Positions 29,837 to 39,571 of a stretch of DNA of 64,000 nucleotides are shown piece by piece. The position numbers were made by a program, and so were the translations under genes. How positions within the stretch are numbered: position 1 is the stretch's first letter; each line of letters opens with the position of its first letter. The stretch is from an uncultured Acidimicrobiia bacterium (GTDB lineage: Bacteria > Actinomycetota > Acidimicrobiia > Spongiisociales > ZC4RG35): the NCBI GenBank assembly GCA_963790345.1, contig CAWBOD010000012.1, positions 10,118-74,117 on the forward strand, written 5' to 3'. A model generated the notes under the pieces. The model was not told where the DNA came from. It did no database searches and was given only the letters and a program-made list of their open reading frames with translations.

Positions 29837-30440
29837 CAAGGTCACCTTTTGCTCGGCTCGCCGGAATATCCGGGATGATGTTCCCACGGTGGCGGAACGT
29901 CACGAGAGCCAGTATTGCCACCAGGACCCCGAGGGCGGGCCAACGGACCCCCTGCCAGTAGGCCAGAGGCACCGTGAGAAGGATCACGACCAGCGACGCC
30001 ACCGAGGCGACCTTCCCGACTTTGGCGACGAGGGCCCAGGTCGTCGTCAGGATCACGGCCGCCAGCGGGATACAGAAGAGAAGAACCCCGCCCCCGGTCG
30101 CCACCCCTTTGCCGCCCTTGAAGCGGTGATAAATCGGGTAGCAGTGTCCTGCGACTGCCGCCAGACCGGCCGCAAAGGCCCACGGGCTGAGTGGATCAGC
30201 CTCGGCGATCAAGAACGCTCCGATGGCTGCTGCGATGACCCCTTTCAAAGTGTCGCCGACGTACACCATGACGGCCGGTCCTCTGCCCAGGGTTCGCATG
30301 ACGTTGGAAGCACCCGGATTGCCGCTGCCGACTTCGTGAATATCGACCCCGTGCATACGGGCTACGAGGACCGCGAAGTCGACGCTTCCGATGAGGTAGG
30401 AGGCGACCAATGCGCCCACCACGACTGCCGGATTCACCAA
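29833..30440 (-). pseudogene. plsY: Glycerol-3-phosphate acyltransferase PlsY, one apparent frameshift ~29870
   Basis: MVNPAVVVGALVASYLIGSVDFAVLVARMHGVDIHEVGSGNPGASNVMRTLG...HRFKGGKGVATGGG. After an indel in a CCC/GGG run the next frame gives the canonical tail HRGNIIRIFRRAEQKVTL*. Confidence 0.88.
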
Positions 30441-30544
30441 ACCCAGTCTAGAGGTGGGTCGGTCGTTCCAGGTCTGTGGAATTGTCGGAAAGCACCGGGC
30501 GTTAGAATTACAACTGTCCCTCTAGACCCCTGGTAGATCGCGCT

Positions 30545-30973
30545 ATGCCGACCTATGAGTACCGCTGCGAGAAATGCGGCGAACAATTCGAAGTCTTTCA
30601 ATCGTTTTCGGATCGTGCGCTCCGCCGTCATCCCGACTGCGGCGGCCCGCTCGAAAAGGTGTTGCATCCCCGCGGGATCGTCTTCAAGGGCTCGGGTTTC
30701 TATGTGACCGATTCCCGCAGCAGAAGCTCGAGCTCGTCAGAGTCGGGGGAATCGAATGGTTCTTCCTCCGACAAGGTATCGGCCGATTCCTCCAAGTCGG
30801 GCGACAAATCGGGGTCTGGAGACAAGGCGCCCTCTCGTGAGAAGGCTTCATCGGGAGACAGGGCCCCATCCGGAGATAAGTCCGGCGCTGGCGACAAGCC
30901 GCGGGACAAGTCCAAGTCGAGCAAGAAGTCGTCGGGCGATAGGCCCTCGACCTCGTCTGCCAACCGAGACTGA
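30545..30973 (+). CDS. FmdB family zinc-ribbon regulatory protein with Ser/Gly/Asp/Lys low-complexity tail
   Basis: MPTYEYRCEKCGEQFEVFQSFSD...HPDCGGPLEKV carries the CxxC...CxxP zinc ribbon. A repetitive SGDK-rich C-terminus follows. Confidence 0.85.
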   Translation: MPTYEYRCEKCGEQFEVFQSFSDRALRRHPDCGGPLEKVLHPRGIVFKGSGFYVTDSRSRSSSSSESGESNGSSSDKVSADSSKSGDKSGSGDKAPSREKASSGDRAPSGDKSGAGDKPRDKSKSSKKSSGDRPSTSSANRD

Positions 30974-31030
30974 GACTCGGCGCCAGACGATCCCCTTCCA
31001 ACCGGTTGGGGAGCCCTATACGGTCGCCAG

Positions 31031-31558
31031 GTGTACTGGCTGGCCCGACCCTCCTACTGGCGATGGGCGGCGGCCATCCTCTTGGTCGGGTCCTCGCTGT
31101 ATTTCGAGCTTCGACCCACGCCCAGTGTCGCAGCATCCATTCGCCCGGAGCCGACCTGGAGGCGGGGACGGAGATCACCGAGGCGGGAGTCGTGTTTCGC
31201 TCGATCCCGATCGGGGTGCTCCCAGAGACGGTCCTCGAAGGATTCCTCGCTGGTCGACGTCGAGTCCGGGCATCCCCTGCTTCCGGACATGCTCGACGCC
31301 GCACCTTTGATCCCGGCCGGATGGTGGGGACTCACCGTCCCGGTGCCCGAGGACAGTCTCCCCGGGTCTGAGGTCCGCCTCGTCGTTGATGTGCGCGGGG
31401 CCCCGCGGGTGGTGCCGGGTCTCCTGATACGCACTTTCGACGAAACCACCATCGAAGGGACGACCGCGCTGGTGGCAATCCCCGAGGGGGAGGCCGGGGC
31501 CGTGGCGGCCGCCCTCGCCGATAGTGCCCTGTCGGTTCTGGTGGGACCTCATGGGTAA
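31031..31558 (+). pseudogene. SAF-domain protein (N-terminal TM), 2 apparent frameshifts (~31135, ~31255)
   Basis: VYWLARPSYWRWAAAILLVGSSLYF is the TM segment. The alternative frame gives SPGADLEAGTEITEAGVVFRSIPIGVLPETV. The sequence then returns to VDVESGHPLLPDMLD...EVRLVVDV...TALVAIPEGEAGAVAAAL. The position after fmdB is typical in actinobacteria. Confidence 0.5.
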
Positions 31559-31567
31559 CGTGCCGCA

Positions 31568-32328
31568 GTGCTCGAAGCCATCATTTGGGGATTCGTTCAG
31601 GGCGTCACCGAATTTCTCCCCATTTCTTCTGATGGTCACCTCGTTTTGGTGCCGGCTTTCTTGGGAATCGACCCGCCGGACCTGGCCACCTCGCGCCGTT
31701 CTCCATCTCGGAACCCTGGCCGCGGTCCTTGCGTACTTTCGCAAGGATCTAGCTGCGATGGCCGGGTTCCGGCGGGATCCGGCCGCCCGGAAGCTCCTGG
31801 CCATGATCATCATCGGATCGCTGCCGGCCGCCCTCGCCTTGCTCGTGGTCGATGAGGTCGAAAAGCTTCAGGAGTCGATCACCGCCACGGCGATCTTCCT
31901 GATTCTCACCGGGGTGGTCCTGGCGGTTGCCAGCCGGATGCGTCAAGGGGACCGCCCGATCGACGACGTTCGGCCATCGGACGCAGTACTGATCGGCTTT
32001 GCCCAGCTGCTGGCGGTGCTCCCGGGCATCTCTCGATCGGGAATGACCATCTCCACCGGAATCGCCCGGGGCTTCGATCAGGTCGAGGCCGCCCGTTTCT
32101 CGTTTCTCCTTGGCGTCCCCGCCGTCGCCGCCGCCGGTCTCCTCGAACTCTGGACGCTGCTGGACGATGGTGGGGTCCCGGCGTCGGCCTGGGTGGGGGT
32201 GCTCGTGGCGGCCATCACCGGGTACGGCGCCATCGCCTTCCTGCTGAGGATGCTCGCCAGGACCGGGCCTGGCTCCCTACGCGATCTATTGCGTCGTCGT
32301 CGGAGCGATCGCCCTCCTCGTTCTGTAG
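31568..32328 (+). pseudogene. uppP: Undecaprenyl-diphosphate phosphatase UppP/BacA, 2 apparent frameshifts (~31690, ~32275)
   Basis: [33 protein letters not shown], then [19 protein letters not shown]...LLAVLPGISRSGMTISTGIARG...FSFLLGVPAVAAAG, and a tail in a third frame APYAIYCVVVGAIALLVL*. Confidence 0.88.
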
Positions 32329-32459
32329 GAGCCGGAACAGTTCGGCCGAGTCAACGAGGCTTCGGAGAGACGATCGCGCACTAGCGCGAAAGTGATCCTT
32401 GACGCCTAGTCACGGGGCCTTAGCCTCGACAAGGCCAGGGAAACAAAGGGAGTCAGGGA

Positions 32460-33003
32460 ATGTTCGGTCGCAAATTCGTCGCTGCCGCGACGGCGGTGAT
32501 GCTTCTGCTGATGGCCACCGCCGCTCAGGCGGCTCCGCCAGTCCACCGCCACCCTCATCGCAGGTTGGAGCGTGGGTGGGCCCGGCGCGTTGGTGGTCGA
32601 AACGGGTCAAGTGACGATGACCGAGGGTGTCACCGGAGAGGTGACCCTGTCGTTTGACATCGTCCGCACGGTCGCCTGTCTGGCAGTGCCGGGCGCCTCG
32701 ACTACCGAACGGTGGCAGGCGACCAATGCCCCCGCCACGTTGTCGGTCAAAAACAACCTGTCCTCGGCAACGCTGGTTGCCAACGTGGTCGGAGGGTTGA
32801 GCGTGACCAGTACCTGTCCCGGAGTGGACGCGGTCACCGGCAATGTCGGCCCGGTCTCGATCGACGCGGTGGCATCGACCAGGACGCTTCGGGAAAGGAC
32901 CGCCGATGGCGTCCGGATCCTCAGCCGCACAGTTCAGCTCGCGTTGAACGTCGGTTCGTTGTCAATCCAAGGCACCGGGGAGATCGAGAAGCGAATCGGC
33001 TGA
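32460..33003 (+). pseudogene. Hypothetical secreted protein, one apparent frameshift ~32545
   Basis: The signal peptide MFGRKFVAAATAVMLLLMATAAQAAP is in ORF 32460... The body is in ORF 32572..33003. No family recognised. Confidence 0.4.
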
Positions 33004-33050
33004 CCACAGCGGCCGGTCACAACGTCGGCTTCGGTCGCAAGCCGTAGGTC

Positions 33051-33081
33051 AGCGATGAGATGTCCCTCGCTTCTCATCGCT
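33051..33081. terminator. Hairpin between convergent genes (possible bidirectional terminator)
   Basis: AGCGATGAGA-tgtccctcgct-TCTCATCGCT forms a perfect 10-bp stem. It lies between the stop at 33003 (+) and the stop at 33089 (-). There is no clear U-tract. Confidence 0.4.
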
Positions 33082-33088
33082 CCTGTGG

Positions 33089-34720
33089 TCACTGCTGATA
33101 GTTGCTCGACATCCTCATCGTCTCGGCGATGTGGACGTTGACCAGCGACGGCAATCCGGAGGCGACGGCTCGATCGAGGGCGGGTCGCAGCTCCGAGGCG
33201 TCGGTCACCAGTTCGCCATAGCCGCCTAAGCCACGCACAACCTCGTGATAAGGGCGCCGGCCGAGATCGGCGGCTACGACCCTGTCCGGATACAGCATCG
33301 TGTGGAAGGTCTTGATGTTCCCCCAGACTCCGTCGTTGCCGACCACCCCGATTATCGGCAGACCCATCCTCACGAACGTGTCGAATTCGAAACCGTTGAA
33401 TCCGAAGGCCCCGTCTCCATAGACGATTCCCACCAGCTTCTCGGGAAACGCCACTTTGGCGGCGAGGGCGTAAGGGGCGCCGGTACCCAGGGTCCCAAAA
33501 GGTCCCGGGTCGAGTACATGCCCGGGATTGGAGACTTGGAGCCAGCGGGCGGTGGTCGAGACGATGTCGCCACCGTCGACGGCGACGATCGCATCGGCGC
33601 CGAAGAAGTCACCTACCTCTCGCCCGAACCGCTGCGGGTTGACAGGTGAGCTAGGGGCCGATTCGGCCTCTTCCTCCAACTCCTCGCGCCGGGTTCGCTC
33701 GATGCCGAGCCGATCTCATCGGCCCAGGTCGGATCGGCGCCTCCGTGGAGATCCGCCATCTGCGACGAGTTGGTCGACCACAGTGATCGGGTCGGCGACG
33801 ATGCCGACGTCTACCGATCGGTTCCAACCGATCTTGTTCGAGTCGAGGTCGACGTGGACGACGGTGGCGCCGGGGTTGACGCGCTCGCCGTAGTTGGTCC
33901 GGAAGTCCCAGTCGACCCCCAGGGCGAGGAGCAGGTCGCAACCTTCCATCGCCTGGGACCGGGCATAGTTGCCGAGCAGGGGATGCCCGTAGGGCAACGA
34001 CCCGCGGGCGCGACTATTCAGGAAGGTCGGGGCGTTGATCGCCTCGGCCAGTTCGGTCAGGCGGTTGCCTGCCCCAGGTCTCGATCCGGCTCCGGCGAAG
34101 ATGACCGGTCGGGAGGAAGCCTGGATCGCGGCCACGATTTGGTCCAGCCCTGCTTGGTCGGCACCGTGGCTGGTCTGGGACCGGTAGCCCTTTGGCCAAA
34201 CGACTGCGTCGTCATCGATCATGTCGAACTGGACGTCCATCGGGACGTCGAGGAAGACCGGAGCGCCCCGGCCAGAAAAGGCATGGCGAGCGGCGGTGGC
34301 AACGTAATCAGCGAGCCGGCCGACTTCCCACGCGGTCGCAGCCCAGGCGGTAATCCCCTGGAAGAGAAGCGGATGATTCATCTCCTGGAGACCGCCCTTG
34401 AGCTCCTGGCGGATGAAGTGGCGCCCCCCGATCAGGAGCATCGGAGTGCGCCCGAACCAAGCCGTGGCCACGCCGGTGATCGAATCCGTCACGCCGGGAC
34501 CGGCCGTCACCACCGCTACCCCGAGCTGGCCGGTCAGGCGGGTATACGCCTCAGCCGCATGGGCGGCCGCTTGTTCGTGACGCACGTCAACGATCCTGAT
34601 CCCCTCTTGAACACAGCCGTCGAGGATGGCGACGATGTGGCCCCCCGAGAGGGTGAAGACGGTGTCCACGCCCTCGGCCTTGAGGGCCCGGGCGATGACC
34701 TGGCCCCCGTGGATCTTCAT
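33089..34720 (-). pseudogene. Thiamine-pyrophosphate-dependent enzyme (acetolactate synthase large subunit-like family), one apparent frameshift ~33700
   Basis: ORF 33716..34720 reads MKIHGGQVIARALKAEGVDTVFTLSGGHI...HEQAAAHAAEAYTRLTG...VVTAGPGVTD. ORF 33089..33679 carries the TPP-binding motif GTLGTGAPYALAAKVA...YGDGAFGFNGFEFDT...NDGVWGN. Confidence 0.85.
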
Positions 34721-34757
34721 GGATCAGACGGTAGACGGCGGAGGTTCGATCGCCCCC

Positions 34758-35183
34758 TCACAATTCTCGGGACATCCAGATCGAGTCGTCTTCCGTGAAA
34801 CCGTGGCGGGTGTAGAAGGCCCGCACTCTGGTATTGGGCCGCTCGGTTTCCAGGAAGACCCGGCCCAGGCCACGCCGGCGGAGGTCGTCCAAAAGTTCAG
34901 CGAAAGCCGCCCCTCCTACGCCTTCTCCTCTCGTGCGAAGGTAGATCTCGTCGAGGAGGGCATCCCTGCCGCCGGACTCGATCGAATAACCCCAGGTGAC
35001 CACCGCGTAGCCATCCGGTGGGTCCCCGAGGAGATATACGACCCCGAAGGCATCGTCACGAAGGAGCGGAGCCAGGGCGGTGCGAACCTTGTCGTCGTCG
35101 TGGAGATGGCCATCTATTTCGTTGAACTCGGCCGCGAATGCGAGCACCAGGTCGATGTCATCGAGATGGGCGCGTTTGATCAT
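34758..35183 (-). CDS. GNAT family N-acetyltransferase
   Basis: Intact 141-aa ORF. YLRTRGEGVGGAAFAELL...RAFYTRHGF is the GNAT motif A region. Confidence 0.8.
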   Translation of the reverse strand: MIKRAHLDDIDLVLAFAAEFNEIDGHLHDDDKVRTALAPLLRDDAFGVVYLLGDPPDGYAVVTWGYSIESGGRDALLDEIYLRTRGEGVGGAAFAELLDDLRRRGLGRVFLETERPNTRVRAFYTRHGFTEDDSIWMSREL

Positions 35184-36448
35184 CGGTCGTGGCGGACCAG
35201 GTCTTCGTAGGTCTCCCTGCCGACCACCAGCCGGGCCTGGCCATCTGCGACGAATACCACCGCGGGCCTCGGCACCTTGTTGTAGTTCGAGCCCATGGAG
35301 TGGCCATACGCCCCGGTCACCGGAGTCGCCAGCAAGTCCCCCACCACCAGATCGTCAGGCACAAATCCCTCCCGAACGAGGATGTCGCCTGATTCGCAGT
35401 GTTTCCCGACGACCCTCACCCTTTTCGGGCGATCCGCTCTGACCGATCTGGGGAGAAACGTCTCGTAGCCGCTGCCGTAGAGCACCGGGCGCGGGTTGTC
35501 GCTCATGCCCCCGTCAACGGCGACGTAGCTGCGGATCCCCGGTATCTCTTTGATCGTCCCGACGGTGTACAAGGTCACGGCGGCACCGGCCACGATGGCC
35601 CGACCGGGTTCGACCGACAACGCAGCTTTGATCCCCGCCTCACGGGCTGCGATTTCGAGCGTGCGGGCATAGTCCGGGATGGATGGCGCTTCCTCGCCTT
35701 CGACGTATGCCACGCCCAGGCCGCCCCCCATCGAGAGTTCGACGAGGCCATGGGACTCCACGAAACTTGCCACTGCCGCGAGGGCCGCGGCGAATGAATC
35801 GACCCGAAACACCTGTGAACCTATGTGGAGGTGGATGCCCCGGAGACGAATCCCGGGATGAGAGCGGGCGGCCGCCATCGCTTCGGTGGCCGCACCGGTA
35901 GAGAGCGTGAAGCCGAACTTGGAGTCGTCCTGTCCGGTCGCCACGTAGTGGTGGGTGTGAGCCTCGATGCCCGGAGTGATACGCAGGAGGACGTCGAAGA
36001 CGTGGCCGGTGCGGTCATGGACCCGTCGGATACGGGTGAATTCGTCGAAGCTGTCGACGACCAGGCGCCCCACCCCGGCTGCCGCGGCCTGTTCGATCTC
36101 GGCTTCGCTCTTGTTGTTGCCGTGCACGATCAATCGCTCGCCAGGAACCCCCGCCGCCAATGCCACGAACATCTCCCCGCCGGTCGCCACATCGATCTTC
36201 ATCTGTTCTTCGTGGGCCAGCCGGGCCATGGCCAAACAGAGAAACGCCTTGCTCGCGTAGACCGCGCCTTCTCCAAACGCGTCGCGGGTCTGCCGGCAGC
36301 GGGTCCGGAGATGGCGTTCGTCGTAGACGAAGAGCGGGGTCCCGAATTGCGCGGCAAGATCCAGCGTCGAGCAGCCGCCGATCAACAGCTCTCCCGCTGG
36401 TCCTTCCTCCGCTGTGTCGGGCAGAAGCGACCAGGGAACCGAAGACAT
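35180..36448 (-). CDS. lysA: Diaminopimelate decarboxylase
   Basis: Intact 422-aa ORF. YASKAFL contains the PLP Lys. HLHIGSQ, GGGLGVAY, EPGRAIV, GKHCESGD and TGAYGHSMGSNYN are also present. Confidence 0.9.
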   Translation of the reverse strand: MSSVPWSLLPDTAEEGPAGELLIGGCSTLDLAAQFGTPLFVYDERHLRTRCRQTRDAFGEGAVYASKAFLCLAMARLAHEEQMKIDVATGGEMFVALAAGVPGERLIVHGNNKSEAEIEQAAAAGVGRLVVDSFDEFTRIRRVHDRTGHVFDVLLRITPGIEAHTHHYVATGQDDSKFGFTLSTGAATEAMAAARSHPGIRLRGIHLHIGSQVFRVDSFAAALAAVASFVESHGLVELSMGGGLGVAYVEGEEAPSIPDYARTLEIAAREAGIKAALSVEPGRAIVAGAAVTLYTVGTIKEIPGIRSYVAVDGGMSDNPRPVLYGSGYETFLPRSVRADRPKRVRVVGKHCESGDILVREGFVPDDLVVGDLLATPVTGAYGHSMGSNYNKVPRPAVVFVADGQARLVVGRETYEDLVRHDR

Positions 36449-36510
36449 GGGCCATTCTTATCAGGTCGGAAGGCTGCCCAAATCCCCTGGCATCGTGCCA
36501 ACGGTCCGAC

Positions 36511-37891
36511 TCACCGTCCGGTCAGCAGCTTGAGCGCTGCGCCCAGCACCGGCGAGGGACGACCTGCCTTCGCCTCGCGGCGATCGATGGCGGGAACCAG
36601 CCGCCTGGCGGCGTTGACTCCTATCCACCGCAGAGGCTCCGGCTCCCACGGCTTGGATTGATGACCGACCCAGGGAAGCCGGGTGATTTCGGTGGGCTTC
36701 TCCAATACCAGATCAGCGAGGGTCCGGCCCCCCAGGTTGGCTGCCGCGACCCCGTCGCCCACGTATCCCCCGGTGTGGCCCAGGCCGGTCGTCCGGTCGA
36801 AGCTGACCGAAGGTTGCCAATCTCTAGGGACCGCCACGGCTCCGCCCCAGCGATGGGTGATGGCGGCGTCTCCGAGTTCGGGGAAGAGGTCCCAGAGGAT
36901 CCGGGCGATCCCTTCATGAATCGAGGCTTGCCGTTCGTAGGAGGGGTCGAGCCTCGAGCCGAAGTGATAGCGAGCGCCCCGGCCACCGAAGGCGAAACGC
37001 CCGTCGATCGTCCGCTGTCCGTAGATGATCAGCCGGCGGGCATCGTTGAATGTGGGCCGCTCCGCGAAGCCAACTTTGTCCCAGAACGAGGACGGAAGCG
37101 GCTCCGTGGCGACCATCAGCGAATAGACCGGGATATAGGTCCGGCTCTGACCGGGCAGCTGCACGGTGAACGCCTCCGTGCACCGCAGCACCGCTTCGGC
37201 CCTGACCGACCCGCGGCTGGTTTTGACCACACCCGGCTCGATCGCCTCCGCCCGGGTCTGTTCGAAGATCGAAACCCCCAGCCCCTCGACCACCCGCGCC
37301 AGGCCCCGGGCGAGGCGGGCGGGATGGATGGCGGCTCCGTGGGGCGTAAACAGAGCCCCTTGGGAACCGGCGACGCGAGCTTGCGCGCTGCAACTCGGTC
37401 GGCCCCAGCCAGCGGAAATCTTCGGCTCCGAATCCCCAGGATCGGTGGTGTTGGATCGCTTCGTGGATGGCCACGAACTGGGCGGTGTTGGTGGCGAAGG
37501 TGAGAATCCCGCCCTTCTGAAAGTGACAGTCGATCCCTTCGGCCGCTGCCACCCTCCCGACCTCATCCACGGTGGAGAACATCTCCCTCATGAGGGCCAT
37601 CACCGGTCCCCGACCGTGCCGCTTGGCCAACCGGTCCTTGTCGCCGGCCAATTCTCCGAGACACCAGCCGCCGTTGCGACCGGAGGCGCCGAACCCTGCG
37701 ATCTCCGATTCGATGACTACCACCCGCAGGTCCGGCTGTTGTCGCTTCAAGTAGTAGGCGGTCCAAAGTCCCGAGTAGCCGGCGCCGACGATGGCGACAT
37801 CGGCGACCACGTCACCGGGCAAACCGGGACGCGGCTCGAGAGTCTCCCCGACGGTGTCATGCCACAAAGAAAGCGAGGAGTACGTGTTCAA
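36511..37891 (-). pseudogene. FAD-dependent oxidoreductase (DAO family; gamma-glutamylputrescine oxidase PuuB-like), one apparent frameshift ~37390
   Basis: The N-terminus VAIVGAGYSGLWTAYYL...GFGASGRNGGW is in ORF 36914..37891. The C-terminal 280 aa are in ORF 36511..37566. Confidence 0.8.
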
Positions 37892-37894
37892 CTT

Positions 37895-39244
37895 CTACTC
37901 GGCCTCGTCGAGGTGAGATGGAAGAGTCCCGGCCCGGGCGAGGGCCTCGATCAAGGAATCGGACATCGCCTCGAGGGTGAGGGCCACGTCTTCCATCGAA
38001 TGGGAAGCACAGATGAACCATGGTTCGCGGCCATCGATACATGGCATCACTCCGCGCCGAACCATGCCATCGACCATGGCCGTGTAAAGGCGGGCGTCGT
38101 GACCGGCCAGGTTGCGGTACTCGGTGGGCCGACCCTCTCCGAGGAAAATCCCGAACATCGAAGGATGGCCGAGGACCTGACCCTCAACTCCGTATTCGAC
38201 CAGGATCCGCTGGATGCCCTCCATCATGGCCCTGCCGACTTTCTCGATCCGGTCGTAGGCGTCGGTGGTCGTAAGCCGGTCGATCGTGGCGATGGCGGCC
38301 GCGGTGGCGACGCCATTGCCAGAGTACGTGCCTGCTTGGGCGATTCCCCCCAGTTGCCACCCCTCCACCATGTCTGCCCCGAGGGCAATGGCCGCGACCG
38401 GGAAGCCATTGCCGAGAGACTTGGCATAGGTCGCGATGTCTGGGATCACTCCGAACATCTCGGCCCCTCCCCCGAGCCCGAACCGAAACCCGGTCTTGAC
38501 TTCATCGAGGATCATGACTGCCTGGTATTCGCTGCACAGCCGGCGAATCGAGTCGAGGAACCCGGGCTCGGGAAGGATCCCAAAGGCGTTGCCACAGGCC
38601 GGCTCGACGATGACCGCCGCAATCTCATGACCGTGATCGTTGAAGAGATCCTCGAGAGCCTCGACGTCGTTGAACGGCAGAGTGCGCACGAATGACCGGA
38701 TGGCATCGGGAATCCCGGAGGAAACCTGATACGGGATCGGACGCAGTCGCGACCCCAGGTGGGCCGGTGGGGCCCCGGCCGTGGTGAACAGGACGTAGTC
38801 GTGGGTGCCGTGAAAATGCCCTTCGAACTTCACTATCAGGTCGCGGCCGCCCCATCCGCGGGCCAGCCGGATGGCATGCATCGTGGCTTCGGTGCCGGTG
38901 TTGGTGAAACGTATTTTGTCGGCCCACTTGATAGCCCCGAGCACCGCCTCGGCAGCTTCCACCTCTCGCCGCTGGGTCATGGCGAAAGTGGTTCCCTCTC
39001 GAGCCGCCTTCACGACCGCTTCGGTGACAAAAGGATCGGCGTGCCCAAGGACGATCGGGCCCCACGCACATTGCAGGTCGACATATCGCTTGCCATCCAT
39101 GTCCCAGACGTATCCACCTTCGCCGCGGTCGATGACGAGTGTGTCGTCATCACCGAGATAGCGGAATCCGCTGGACACTCCGTTGACAAGATTGGCCCGG
39201 GCGCGCTCAAACCATTCCGCGGTGCGGGGTCCTTGCATGCTCAT
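37895..39244 (-). CDS. Class III (aspartate aminotransferase family) PLP-dependent aminotransferase, GSA-aminomutase-like
   Basis: Intact 449-aa ORF. FTNTGTEATMHAIRLAR, ILDEVKTGFR and AKSLGNGFP are present. Confidence 0.88.
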   Translation of the reverse strand: MSMQGPRTAEWFERARANLVNGVSSGFRYLGDDDTLVIDRGEGGYVWDMDGKRYVDLQCAWGPIVLGHADPFVTEAVVKAAREGTTFAMTQRREVEAAEAVLGAIKWADKIRFTNTGTEATMHAIRLARGWGGRDLIVKFEGHFHGTHDYVLFTTAGAPPAHLGSRLRPIPYQVSSGIPDAIRSFVRTLPFNDVEALEDLFNDHGHEIAAVIVEPACGNAFGILPEPGFLDSIRRLCSEYQAVMILDEVKTGFRFGLGGGAEMFGVIPDIATYAKSLGNGFPVAAIALGADMVEGWQLGGIAQAGTYSGNGVATAAAIATIDRLTTTDAYDRIEKVGRAMMEGIQRILVEYGVEGQVLGHPSMFGIFLGEGRPTEYRNLAGHDARLYTAMVDGMVRRGVMPCIDGREPWFICASHSMEDVALTLEAMSDSLIEALARAGTLPSHLDEAE

Positions 39245-39571
39245 GAGATGGGTTCCTCCGAGATTTGGTGACCGAGCGCATCCCTTGTTTGCGGCCGGTC
39301 TGGTTCGTCAGTTGCTGGGGGTCCGGACGGTCGCGCGACCGTTGTGCCCATCCCGCTTCGTGACGCCGGACCGACTTTGTCGAACCGGGTAACTCAGTCC
39401 CACCGGAGAACGCCTGAGAGCAAATTCCGAATCAATTTCTGTTCATCGACGGCGGGTTGGGACGGAAGTTCCTTCCATCCATCACCCCTTCCAGGTCGTT
39501 GAACCCATCGCCGCAGAATAGCCAGGGATTGATGGCTGATACCGTCTGCGGGCCACTACAGGAGGACCCTT

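Noticed and set aside
28386-30440. 684-aa ORF that reads as a PlsY-GalU-MoeA tri-functional fusion protein
   Set aside because: The junctions carry the signatures of separate coupled genes. The canonical PlsY tail (NIIRIFRRAEQKVTL*) and a GTGA stop/start overlap lie one frame away at ~29835. An ATGA lies at the galU/moeA junction. After ~28965 the ORF is out of frame with MoeA and becomes an Arg/Pro/Gly-rich nonsense tail. It is best explained by indels removing stops.
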